From UHGV virus genome UHGV-0043842: a stretch of 35,621 bases of DNA; one strand, written 5' to 3'. The position numbers and the translations under genes are program-made. Of the stretch, positions 1-7,937 are shown piece by piece; position 1 is the stretch's first letter; each line of letters opens with the position of its first letter. Origin of the DNA: a virus. The notes beneath the pieces were generated by a model. The model was not told where the DNA came from and searched no databases. It saw nothing but the letters and a program-made list of their open reading frames with translations.

Positions 1-242
1 GCCGGCCCCAGGGCATCATCGACCGGCTCCAGATTGGTGGCGGCCAGCACCAGGGTCTCGTCTCCCAGGGCGGTCTTGACGGCCAGCGCCGGTCTGGAGC
101 CGGAGGGAGTCACCGGAGCGCCCTCATCCAGCAGCGTGACGCGCAGGGGAATCTTGTCGCCGCGCACCAGGGACAAGTCGGTGGCCGGGATGCCGCCGGG
201 GAACATGACGGCCATGGTGGCCAGGTCAATCAGCAGTTGCAT
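1..242 (-). CDS. Phage tail-region protein, 5' portion only. ATG is the reverse complement of 240..242 and the gene continues past the window's left edge.
   Basis: Open frame on the minus strand from 242 to 1, translating MQLLIDLATMAVMFPGG...LVLAATNLEPVDDALGP. Paralog of the partial gene at 35380..35621. The last 53 nt are nucleotide-identical to the reverse complement of 35569..35621. Confidence 0.45.
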   Translation of the reverse strand, partial: MQLLIDLATMAVMFPGGIPATDLSLVRGDKIPLRVTLLDEGAPVTPSGSRPALAVKTALGDETLVLAATNLEPVDDALGP

Positions 243-273
243 AACAGGTATCAGTGATTAGGCGTTAGAGGTG

Positions 274-309
274 TTTCCCCGCGGCGGTATGGACGCCGCC
301 GCGGGGAAA
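274..309 (-). other. Perfect 14-bp stem hairpin (tttccccgcggcgg / ccgccgcggggaaa) between the putative tail tube gene and the next gene. No U-tract follows it.
   Basis: Inverted repeat read directly from the sequence. It sits 8 nt downstream of the minus-strand stop at 317..319. It could be an RNA stability or attenuator element. Confidence 0.3.
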
Positions 310-316
310 GACGGGA

Positions 317-898
317 TTATGCTCCCGCGTAGTCCTCGTCAGGGGTCAGCTTGCAGAGCGGATTGTAGATGACGCTGAGCTCGAATTCTGCCAGGGACGG
401 ATCGGAGGCAGCCTTGGCCGGGTTGACCAGGCGCAGGCGGCCCTGCATGCAGGCGCTCATGATTCTGGCCCCGTCGCGGTAGGCGTCCGTCCACTCGGTA
501 TAGACATAGACGTCGATCTGCGGAGAGCCGGAGCCAAAGACCACCTGCTCCGTGCCCCAGTCCTGGGCAAGGCCAAAGGAGAGCTGCAGGAATTCCGGGG
601 TGATGTAGTTGCTGGCAAACAGGAATTTGCGCTTGGTGGTCAGCTGCAGCTCCTCGGTTTCGTAAGTGCCGCCGTCGTTGGCGCCCTCAATCTCGCCCGT
701 CTTGGTCTCAATCTGAGGATTGCTGGTGCGTATCCTGCCCATATAGAGCCAGGGGCCGGGGGCTTCCGCTGTCGGGGGGACGGGCAGCCAGTCCGCGGAC
801 ACGGTCTTGGACGGTTCGTCGCTGCCGATGACGGCTCCGAATTTGGCGATGCTGACCTTGGAGCCGATGATCAGGCCGGGGATAATAAATCTGGACAT
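317..898 (-). CDS. Putative major tail (tube) protein.
   Basis: 193-aa ORF. Clear paralog of 34726..35313 (shared motifs PGPWL..G.I.T, NPLCKL/NSPLA). Sits downstream of the head genes in the late operon. Confidence 0.35.
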   Translation of the reverse strand: MSRFIIPGLIIGSKVSIAKFGAVIGSDEPSKTVSADWLPVPPTAEAPGPWLYMGRIRTSNPQIETKTGEIEGANDGGTYETEELQLTTKRKFLFASNYITPEFLQLSFGLAQDWGTEQVVFGSGSPQIDVYVYTEWTDAYRDGARIMSACMQGRLRLVNPAKAASDPSLAEFELSVIYNPLCKLTPDEDYAGA

Positions 899-931
899 AT
901 CAGTGATTGGTGATGGGTTGATGGTTGGCAG

Positions 932-1144
932 TTACACGCCGACGATGACGGCCAGCCCGGCCGCCTCCAGAGACCTGGCCTGGGAGGCTGTCACTCTGGC
1001 GGTAGCGCCGGCACGCCCGTAAGCGCCGTTGATGAGCGTGCCCGTCTTGGTCACGCGGACTAACACCAGCGTCTCCTCCTGGGCGGGAGCCTGCGGAGTC
1101 GTGCCGGTCGTATCGGTATTGTTGGTTGTATTGGTCTTAGCCAT
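932..1144 (-). CDS. Small conserved phage protein (70 aa).
   Basis: Paralog of 34453..34668 (motif VKVRVT.TGT). Confidence 0.35.
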   Translation of the reverse strand: MAKTNTTNNTDTTGTTPQAPAQEETLVLVRVTKTGTLINGAYGRAGATARVTASQARSLEAAGLAVIVGV

Positions 1145-1176
1145 GGTTGTGTGTTGTAGGTGAGGATGGGAAAAAA

Positions 1177-1641
1177 TTAAAAGTTGACGGGAGCGTAGAG
1201 GATGACGGCCCGGCCCCGGAAGCCGGTCAGCCTGCTTTTAGTCATGTCGTAGTCCTCGACGGAGGCTACGGAGGGAGTGTCGTAGCAGACGCGGTCGACA
1301 ACCGGATCCCAGAGGCGGACGGCATGCAGAGTCCGCCCCACCATGCCGGACAGGCAACGGAGGGGAGGAACGCCGCCCGGCATTCCGGCATCCCGCGCAA
1401 AACAGCTCACGGCCAGCACGGCGTGCATGCGCACCATCGGAGCATTGACGCCCATCTCTAAGAGAGGGACGTAGCCTGCCGGAGTGACGGCGACGCTGCC
1501 GGGCCTGCCCATGGCCGCGCGGTTGATGGCGTCGATCTGCTCCTGCTCGTCCCACACGGTAGGGCACACCATCGGAGCCAGGACGTCGTCCTGCTGCAGG
1601 TGGGCGATGAGATGCTCGGCGAGTTTGTAGTCTTTATCCAT
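1177..1641 (-). CDS. Conserved phage virion/late protein (154 aa).
   Basis: Positional equivalent of 33957..34445 with weak similarity. Confidence 0.3.
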   Translation of the reverse strand: MDKDYKLAEHLIAHLQQDDVLAPMVCPTVWDEQEQIDAINRAAMGRPGSVAVTPAGYVPLLEMGVNAPMVRMHAVLAVSCFARDAGMPGGVPPLRCLSGMVGRTLHAVRLWDPVVDRVCYDTPSVASVEDYDMTKSRLTGFRGRAVILYAPVNF

Positions 1642-1659
1642 TGTATGGGGATTAGTGAG

Positions 1660-2298
1660 TTAAGAGTGGAGAGTGGAGTTGCCGTCGGCCTGGGCCAGGA
1701 GGCGGTTGAGCGCCAGCGTGGCGGCGCGCACGGCATACTCGCGCATCTGTTCGCGGGAGGGCATCACCTCCGGATGGGCCGGGATGGTGGCGGACTTGAC
1801 CAGGGCTCCCAGCGGGGTGACGTCCTGGTAATGGCCGTCCCTGTTGCGGCGCTTGCGCTGCCTGACGCGGGCCAGGATGGCGTTGCCGGTATCGACGTCG
1901 CCCAGGACCATGACCTCCTCCTCCGGGAGGTGGAGGCTGGCCAGGGAGCGCCGGCGCAGGGGTGAATCCTTAAACGGGATGAGCAGGCTCCTGATGGGAC
2001 GGCCGGTCACCTCCGACCTGCGGCCGGTGGGTCTGACGGTGCCTCCCAGCCATTGCAGGCGTACGCCTGTGTGGGTGATGTCGATGGTGGCCTTGTTGTC
2101 CCGGATGACGGGAGGGTTGACGCTCTGCTTGGCCTTGCCCCAGAATCCCTGGGACTGGGTGCGGTCGATCATGGCCTGCAAGCTGTCCCTCACCGCCTGG
2201 CGGGCGGCCCTGGCCACATCGGCCACCATCTCCGCGCGGATAGCGGGAGCCAGAGGGAGCCGTTGGAGGCCAATCACATCGACGTGTAACCTGATCAT
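1660..2298 (-). CDS. Phage virion morphogenesis-like protein (212 aa); the start was moved to the internal ATG.
   Basis: Homolog of 33331..33960 (THTGVRLQWLGGTVRPTGR vs THTGVRLHLLGGTVRATGR). The paralog starts MISLQV, which supports the MIRLHV start at 2298 rather than 2436. Confidence 0.4.
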   Translation of the reverse strand: MIRLHVDVIGLQRLPLAPAIRAEMVADVARAARQAVRDSLQAMIDRTQSQGFWGKAKQSVNPPVIRDNKATIDITHTGVRLQWLGGTVRPTGRRSEVTGRPIRSLLIPFKDSPLRRRSLASLHLPEEEVMVLGDVDTGNAILARVRQRKRRNRDGHYQDVTPLGALVKSATIPAHPEVMPSREQMREYAVRAATLALNRLLAQADGNSTLHS

Positions 2299-2336
2299 GA
2301 GTTGACAAGGGTTGAGGGTTGGGGCATAAGGGGGAC

Positions 2337-2585
2337 ATGAGCGGAATGGACGGCAAGATCGGCAAGCGCGAGATGGCGCTGTGGCTGCAGTACCTGCGCG
2401 CTCCCGGCCGATCTGGAGAGCAGGATTCTCCCGCACCGCGCAAGCTGCGATGGACAGAGCTGACGCAGTATCAGCGCCGGGCTGTTGAGCGCGGCGAGCA
2501 TGTGCCCTGCTGGTGCGGTACGGACCGGCCGGCTAATGGTCATGGCAACGGCCGCCAGAACCGGCGCAAGTGCCGCAAGGGCTGA
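2337..2585 (+). CDS. Orphan small ORF (82 aa from the ATG; the track starts it at TTG 2319). It converges on the toxin-like MuF gene and is a candidate immunity/accessory gene, or a spurious ORF.
   Basis: It fills a 294-bp gap that module B lacks. An AAGGGGGA Shine-Dalgarno-like sequence precedes the ATG. The composition is basic and GC-rich, so this could be chance. Confidence 0.25.
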   Translation: MSGMDGKIGKREMALWLQYLRAPGRSGEQDSPAPRKLRWTELTQYQRRAVERGEHVPCWCGTDRPANGHGNGRQNRRKCRKG

Positions 2586-2592
2586 TCTGTTA

Positions 2593-3987
2593 TTACTGCT
2601 CGCTGACATAGACGTAAGTGGGTGTGCCGTCCCTCCCCCGGACGATTTTGTTGACCTGGTGGCGCGCGGCCTGCAGGAACAAGACTTCCGACTCATTGGT
2701 GTGGGGATGTTTGTCGGTCTTGTTGACAAGACGCCTTTGCTCCTGGAGGGCGCGGACGACGGCGTCGATGCGGTGGCCGGACCGGTAGTCCTCGTTGACC
2801 AGGATGACCCGCTCGTTGCCCGGTTTGCCGCCACCCGCAAACCGCTGCGCCGTCTCCTCCGCGCGCGACCAGCTGTCCACCATCTTGGTGGGGAGCGCCT
2901 GGTAGCCGTCGCGCCTGATGCGGGACAGGAACCTGTCAACATCATTGGGGGGGATCGACATGCCGCGATAGAGCGTGCCGCTCTCCTTGACGTCGGTGGG
3001 CTGGATCCGGGTGACCGCGTTGTACAGGGCGTCCCACTCTTCCTGGGTGGCATAGCCCTGGACGCCTCGCTGCGCCCGGTCAAACTGGCGCTGATCCTCA
3101 ACGAATTTAACCATCGCTCTGGCCTGGGTGTCCGGGATGACGGGAGGACGCTGCCCGCAGATAACCTTGCCCGCCTCGCTCCAATGCACCGGACGGGTGC
3201 CGTTGGGGTCGGTGTAGTAGACGCGGTCTCCTTCCACCTCCACGCAGTCTTCCAGCGCATTGACAAATGCCTGCTGCAGGTCGCCGTCCATCCTGGCAAT
3301 GGACGCCTCCAGGCTGGCGTTGAGCGACTCGCCGTCAGCTCCCTCCAGCGTCGCCTCCGGAATCGTGAGGCCGTGGCGTCGAGCTTCCTCGTAGTCGACC
3401 GGATCCACCCCCATGCCGCTGTTAAAATCAAAGGGAGGGTAATCCAGATCAAACCGGCTGAGCTTGCGCCAGATGGGCGAGGTCAGCAGCGCGATGTGGG
3501 AGCCGTCGGTAGCCACGCCCTCGTAGTTGACGGCGGCCGCCGCCTCCCTCCAGCGGGCGTCCCAGTCCCTGGGCTGGCGGCTGTAGCGGATACGCACCAG
3601 GCGCTGGGCGGGATAGGCCAGCGACCCCAGCATGGAGTCCCGGTAGGCCCGTTCCCGGACCATGGCGACGTTGGTGTCCAGGATGAGACGCTGGCGGGCG
3701 TCGGAGTTGAGGTCCTGGATAGTACCCTCCGTGCCCGGCTCCGGCTGGTAGCCGGTGGCGCGCAGCATCGCGCGGACCTCGCGCAGAGCGTCCGCCTCGG
3801 ACAGGTTGCCGTCCACAATCCCCTGGCAGCGGTCGCGGAATCCCTGCACGCGGGCATAGCATCCCTCCCTGGCCGTCCAATAGGAGCGCTCCCGGATGTC
3901 CGGATCCACGCCGTCCCAGTCCGCCGACGACATGCCGGCAGCAGGAACCGTGATTTTGGCTCGCATGTAATCCGAGGGAGAGGGCAT
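2593..3987 (-). CDS. MuF-like (Mu gp30 / SPP1 gp7 family) head morphogenesis protein with a ~210-aa C-terminal extension resembling an ADP-ribosyltransferase toxin domain.
   Basis: The N-terminal ~250 aa are homologous to 32570..33334 (DYPPFDFNSGMGV vs GYPPFDFNSGMGV). The C-terminal region is unique to this copy and contains YRG, SWS and ESEVLF motifs in that order. Confidence 0.45.
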   Translation of the reverse strand: MPSPSDYMRAKITVPAAGMSSADWDGVDPDIRERSYWTAREGCYARVQGFRDRCQGIVDGNLSEADALREVRAMLRATGYQPEPGTEGTIQDLNSDARQRLILDTNVAMVRERAYRDSMLGSLAYPAQRLVRIRYSRQPRDWDARWREAAAAVNYEGVATDGSHIALLTSPIWRKLSRFDLDYPPFDFNSGMGVDPVDYEEARRHGLTIPEATLEGADGESLNASLEASIARMDGDLQQAFVNALEDCVEVEGDRVYYTDPNGTRPVHWSEAGKVICGQRPPVIPDTQARAMVKFVEDQRQFDRAQRGVQGYATQEEWDALYNAVTRIQPTDVKESGTLYRGMSIPPNDVDRFLSRIRRDGYQALPTKMVDSWSRAEETAQRFAGGGKPGNERVILVNEDYRSGHRIDAVVRALQEQRRLVNKTDKHPHTNESEVLFLQAARHQVNKIVRGRDGTPTYVYVSEQ

Positions 3988-4014
3988 TGCTGAGTGGGAA
4001 AGGCTGAGTTACTG

Positions 4015-4482
4015 TTACCTCCTCCGCCGGGGGGAAGGAAATAATCCGGGCGCTCCGGAACCGTAGGCGGGACGCGGTCCCTGGACATAAGGACGCTTGC
4101 CGGGAGGCACGGGCATGCGGCCGTCCGGACCGATCACCCGGTGGGTGCCGGCCCGGACCGCCTCCAGACGCTCGCGGGCGGAAGTCGCGGCCTTGTCGCG
4201 GGACTCACTGACTGCCACGGCAAACCGCTTGAGCAGCCGCCAGGCAATCATGTCCAGAGCCTCCGGCCTGAGGGTGCGGGGGATGGTGTCCCTCGTGAGG
4301 TCCATCACATTGGCGGGGTTGGCAGCGATAGCCTCGCGCACGGAGGCCGTCACGTCCTGGATGATGCCGTCAACAACAGAACCGTCCGTATCGGCGGCCG
4401 TGATGGCATCCAGCTCGGCTTGGTCGATAACCTCCAGGAGCATATCCGCCGTCAAGGTGATCCAGTGATTCATGGCAGGCAA
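4015..4482 (-). CDS. DUF1320 / Mu gp36-like protein.
   Basis: Homolog of 32093..32521. Size and position match Mu-like head modules. Confidence 0.35.
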   Translation of the reverse strand: MPAMNHWITLTADMLLEVIDQAELDAITAADTDGSVVDGIIQDVTASVREAIAANPANVMDLTRDTIPRTLRPEALDMIAWRLLKRFAVAVSESRDKAATSARERLEAVRAGTHRVIGPDGRMPVPPGKRPYVQGPRPAYGSGAPGLFPSPRRRR

Positions 4483-4492
4483 CGGTTAATAG

Positions 4493-5122
4493 TCAGGAGA
4501 CGGATTGCTCGTCCGGGACCTCCGGGGCGGCATCGTCCAGGTGCAGGATCATCTCGACGATGGCGTCGCACATGCCGATGGCCTCGGCCGCCTTGCGCAG
4601 GTCGAGCATCTCGTAGGGTTTGGTCCGGGCCAGGATGCCGCTGATCACGCCTCCGGCGATGATGGATGTGATGTGCTGTCTGGGCGACAGGCCGAGCCGC
4701 TTGGCGGTCAGGATGGCGAGGGGAGGCTGCTCTCCGGAGACGCTGTCGTCATGGACGTTGGAGGTCAGACCATGCAGGTCATCGTACTCGTGACTGGTCA
4801 TGTTGGGGCCGGGATCGTCCCCTGCCTCCCCGGAGTCGCTGTCGTCATGGATGTTGGAGGTCAGACCATGCAGGTCATCGTACTCGTGACTGGTCATGTT
4901 GGGGCTGGGATCGTCTCCTGCCTCCCCGGAGTCGCTGTCGCCCATGGGGCAGTCAGTGGCGGGCTCTACGGCTGGTTGATTGGCGGGATTGGCTGCAGGC
5001 TCCGATGCGGATGCCTCGGCAGCGGTGTCCTCCACGGTCGGCGTGGCCTTGTCCTGATCAGGAGTGGTGGTGTCCATCTCCTGGGCAGGTTTGTTGGTCT
5101 TGGTTGATTTCTTGGCTGTCAT
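4493..5122 (-). CDS. Highly acidic protein with 32-aa tandem repeats (209 aa). It is present only in module A.
   Basis: The ORF contains two near-identical 96-bp units encoding DSDSGEAGDDP.PNMTSHEYDDLHGLTSNIHD. Module B has no counterpart between its capsid and gp36-like genes. Confidence 0.45.
   Translation of the reverse strand: MTAKKSTKTNKPAQEMDTTTPDQDKATPTVEDTAAEASASEPAANPANQPAVEPATDCPMGDSDSGEAGDDPSPNMTSHEYDDLHGLTSNIHDDSDSGEAGDDPGPNMTSHEYDDLHGLTSNVHDDSVSGEQPPLAILTAKRLGLSPRQHITSIIAGGVISGILARTKPYEMLDLRKAAEAIGMCDAIVEMILHLDDAAPEVPDEQSVS
4736..4949. repeat. 96-bp tandem direct repeat, about 2.2 copies (units 4736..4831 and 4832..4927, ~96% identical, plus a partial third).
   Basis: Read directly from the sequence. 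The two full units differ at 4 of 96 positions. Confidence 0.9.
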
Positions 5123-5216
5123 CTTGATGAAAAATTGAGTGTTAAGAGTGGAGAGTTGAGAGGGAGCATGGAGGCGGGAGCATCACAACTCCCGGCTCTC
5201 CACACTCCATCCTGCA

Positions 5217-6185
5217 TCAGGCGATCTGCATGCGCATCATGGCCGAGGGAGCGGCGAACACGACCTTGTGATGGCCGCGCACGCGCAGCCATTCCGTGGA
5301 AATGTCTTCATCTCGATAGGTTTCCACCGTGCTGTACATGTCGTCGCCGGCGAGGTTGAGCGTCTTGAGCGCGGATATGTCGTCCAGGGACGGATTGTCG
5401 TCGGCGTAAAACAGATAGATGTTGCTGCCCACGATATTGACGTTGTCCACTTCCGCGCCTCCCGTGCCTCCGGGATTGTAGGAGGCAATGGTGCGCATGA
5501 CCCTGACCGGCGGGATGTCGTCGCCCTGCAGGCCGATGAGCTCCAGCAGCGTCTCCGGCGTGAGGACCTTGCGGCCCATCTCGCCCATCATGGTCTGGAC
5601 TTCCGTGTTGGCCTGGATGTCCGCCCAGACGTCGCGCGTGGTCAGGATGCGGTTGGGATAGACGCCGTTGTTGACGGCGAATTTGTTGATGAGGCTGGTC
5701 AGGATGCTGACCACGGGCTTGGTGCGGTCGCTCCATTTGTTGGCCTCCGTGATGCCGTCCACCGACGTGATGCCGGGGATGACGGAGTTGGCGTAGTCAA
5801 ACACCTCCTTATTGTGGGAGATGAGCATGCGGCGGGCCAGCGCGCGGGTTTTGGCCTGGCGCAGGCTGGTGCGGTAAACTTCCGCGTCAACCGCTCCGAG
5901 CAGCTCGCGGTCGTCAATGCCGATCTTGAGGGCGTGTTCCTCCAGCATCACCGGGACGTCCTCGCCGCGGATGTCGATAGTGCGGGGGGAGTCGTACATG
6001 GGCCTGCGGGTGTCCGAGGCGGCAAAAGCGTCCTGGCGCAGATAGCGCTTGTAGGTGGTCAGCAGGCCGGGGGCCTTGACGCCGGGAGCCAGGAAGCGTG
6101 CCGGGTCGTGGGTCTGGGTGCCGTACCAGCCGATGATGTAGTTGGTCAGCGGCAGGTTGACGGCGTAGGTTGTGGATGTACTCAT
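5217..6185 (-). CDS. Major capsid protein (Mu gpT-like).
   Basis: 322-aa ORF homologous to 31105..32016. It follows the protease/scaffold and decoration-like genes. Confidence 0.45.
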   Translation of the reverse strand: MSTSTTYAVNLPLTNYIIGWYGTQTHDPARFLAPGVKAPGLLTTYKRYLRQDAFAASDTRRPMYDSPRTIDIRGEDVPVMLEEHALKIGIDDRELLGAVDAEVYRTSLRQAKTRALARRMLISHNKEVFDYANSVIPGITSVDGITEANKWSDRTKPVVSILTSLINKFAVNNGVYPNRILTTRDVWADIQANTEVQTMMGEMGRKVLTPETLLELIGLQGDDIPPVRVMRTIASYNPGGTGGAEVDNVNIVGSNIYLFYADDNPSLDDISALKTLNLAGDDMYSTVETYRDEDISTEWLRVRGHHKVVFAAPSAMMRMQIA

Positions 6186-6218
6186 GCTATGTAGTCGTTA
6201 AGAGGTAAGAGTTAATGG

Positions 6219-6665
6219 TCAGGAATTGTCGGAAGCGGCTTCCGGAGTGGCTGCCGGCCTGGCGACGAGGATGGCGTCATGGAGGCAGCCTCCCTGGCCG
6301 CTGGTGTTGGGGGCTACGGATTTGGCCACGACGACCTCGCCGGCCGCGCCGGTGGCCGCCTTGACGGTAGCGTCGGCGCAGGCCACCAGGTCGGTGCCGT
6401 CCTCGATGGTGCCGGGAGTGTCGTTGAGGCGGACCTGGACAATGCCCGGATGGCTCATACGGACCAGATCGCCGCCGTTGCCGTCGGCTCCGTCGCGCCC
6501 GTCAGGGTTGCTGACAACGCCGTCCGGGATATCCGAGGCGGAGGTCAGCAGAGACATGGTTTTGCCGTCGGCGGATGCCTTGACCAGCTTGCCCTCGCTC
6601 TTGTCGGTGCCGATGGCGCCCGACGCCCAGAGACGGCGTTCTACGGGTGTTTGCTTGATAATCAT
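6219..6665 (-). CDS. Head decoration-like protein (DUF2190-like).
   Basis: Homolog of 30667..31062 (DIPDGVV / HPGIVQVRL). Confidence 0.35.
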   Translation of the reverse strand: MIIKQTPVERRLWASGAIGTDKSEGKLVKASADGKTMSLLTSASDIPDGVVSNPDGRDGADGNGGDLVRMSHPGIVQVRLNDTPGTIEDGTDLVACADATVKAATGAAGEVVVAKSVAPNTSGQGGCLHDAILVARPAATPEAASDNS

Positions 6666-6695
6666 TTTAATTAGAGTTAGGTGTTGAGATTGGAG

Positions 6696-7937
6696 TTACT
6701 TGCGGCGCGCGGAGGCGAATTCCTCCGCTGCCCGTGACCAGGCGCGGTCGTACTCGCCAGGGGTGAGCTGGCGGCCGTGTCTGACGATCTCGGCGTCCAC
6801 GGCCTGGCGGCAGTGGGTCACCAGGTCGACGTCGGATTGCGGCACCTTGACGGCCTTGCCCTCCGGCGTGCGGTGGATGACCACCCCGGCGGGAGTGACG
6901 TCGCGGTCCATGCGCCGGCCTCCCCGGTTGCTGTGCAGCTGGCGCGTGAGGGGAGCCCTGCTGTGGGCCTGGGTGCCTCCGTTGGACTCTGCTGCCTGCT
7001 GCTTGAGGAGGTCAAAGTCGGTCTTGAGGTCGGTGACGTACTTGAGGATGTCGTCTCCGGTGGCCGTGTCGGGCAGGCCGCACACCCCGGCTATTTTGTT
7101 GACGAGGCCCAGCCAGCCCTCGTCATCCGAGTTGCAGCTGGTTTCGTCCTTTTGGTCGGTGTCGTTGTTGGCGCTGGTTTCGTCTTTCTTTTCCTCTTCT
7201 GTGGTGGCAGGAGGGGGATTGTCGTTGTTGGCGTTGATTTCTTGCTGCTTCTTTTCCTCATCTTCGGGGGCGGGATTGCCCTCGGAGTGCAGGATCCGTT
7301 GTGTTGCTGTTTGTGTACTCATGGTTGTGGATTGGAGGATGGAGGCGCTGCGGCTGTGGACGACCACGTCGCCCGCGGCGGATTGGAGGATGATGCCCGG
7401 CTGGGCCTCATGGTCCGGGTTGTTGGTGACGGCCAGACCGGACAGGCGCGTGGGGCTGTAGCCGTTGTGGTAGACGCGTTTGTAGTCGGCCAGCTTGTAC
7501 TCGGTGCTGAATGCCCAGTACTTGCCCTGGTTGAGGTCGTGGTGGGCATCCTTGACCCAGGAGATGTAGGCGGCCTGGTAGAGGCGGCCGCCGACCCATC
7601 CGTAGTCCAGCGCCCTGCACCAGCCCAGGGCCGGGTTGTCGCCGGTGGTGCGCAGATGCAGGTGGTCGTTGTTGACCTGGATGCCGTTGCCGCCGTTGAT
7701 AGCCGGGTCGTAGGCCTCGCAGATGGCCTGCAGCGCCGCCTTGTCGATGACCTCGTCCACGTCCCAGCGCTTGGCAGGCGGGATGGAGGTGTCAGGCACC
7801 GGGACAGTGTAGGTGCCGGCCGGCTCAATGAGGAACCAGCCTGATTGCGGGACCTGTCCAATGGGGTATGGAGCGCAGGCGTCCGGGTCGAATTCCGGGA
7901 TGCCGCGGGCGATGTATCTGTCTCGGTAGTTGCTCAT
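6696..7937 (-). CDS. Mu gpI-like prohead protease/scaffold.
   Basis: Homolog of 29629..30630 (LAVTNNPDH vs LALTNQPNNPG). Contains an acidic, low-complexity insertion. Confidence 0.45.
   Translation of the reverse strand: MSNYRDRYIARGIPEFDPDACAPYPIGQVPQSGWFLIEPAGTYTVPVPDTSIPPAKRWDVDEVIDKAALQAICEAYDPAINGGNGIQVNNDHLHLRTTGDNPALGWCRALDYGWVGGRLYQAAYISWVKDAHHDLNQGKYWAFSTEYKLADYKRVYHNGYSPTRLSGLAVTNNPDHEAQPGIILQSAAGDVVVHSRSASILQSTTMSTQTATQRILHSEGNPAPEDEEKKQQEINANNDNPPPATTEEEKKDETSANNDTDQKDETSCNSDDEGWLGLVNKIAGVCGLPDTATGDDILKYVTDLKTDFDLLKQQAAESNGGTQAHSRAPLTRQLHSNRGGRRMDRDVTPAGVVIHRTPEGKAVKVPQSDVDLVTHCRQAVDAEIVRHGRQLTPGEYDRAWSRAAEEFASARRK

Noticed and set aside
34-261. Plus-strand ORF (75 aa) that resembles the minus-strand ORF 35310..35588.
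   Set aside because: Both are antisense shadows of the real paralogous tail-region genes (1..242 minus; 35380..35621 plus). Their similarity only reflects the underlying homologous coding strands.
1660-2436. Extended N-terminus (258 aa) for the virion morphogenesis-like gene.
   Set aside because: The extra 46 residues are R/S/C/P-rich and non-protein-like. The paralog begins MISLQV, matching the internal MIRLHV start at 2298.
2485-3993. Long plus-strand ORF (502 aa) and many similar long antisense ORFs (e.g. 7964..9688 +, 17078..19132 -, 28012..29244 -, 30076..31659 -, 5268..6194 +).
   Set aside because: They run antisense to genes with clear paralog and domain support. R/G/A/P-rich compositions are typical of shadow ORFs in high-GC DNA.
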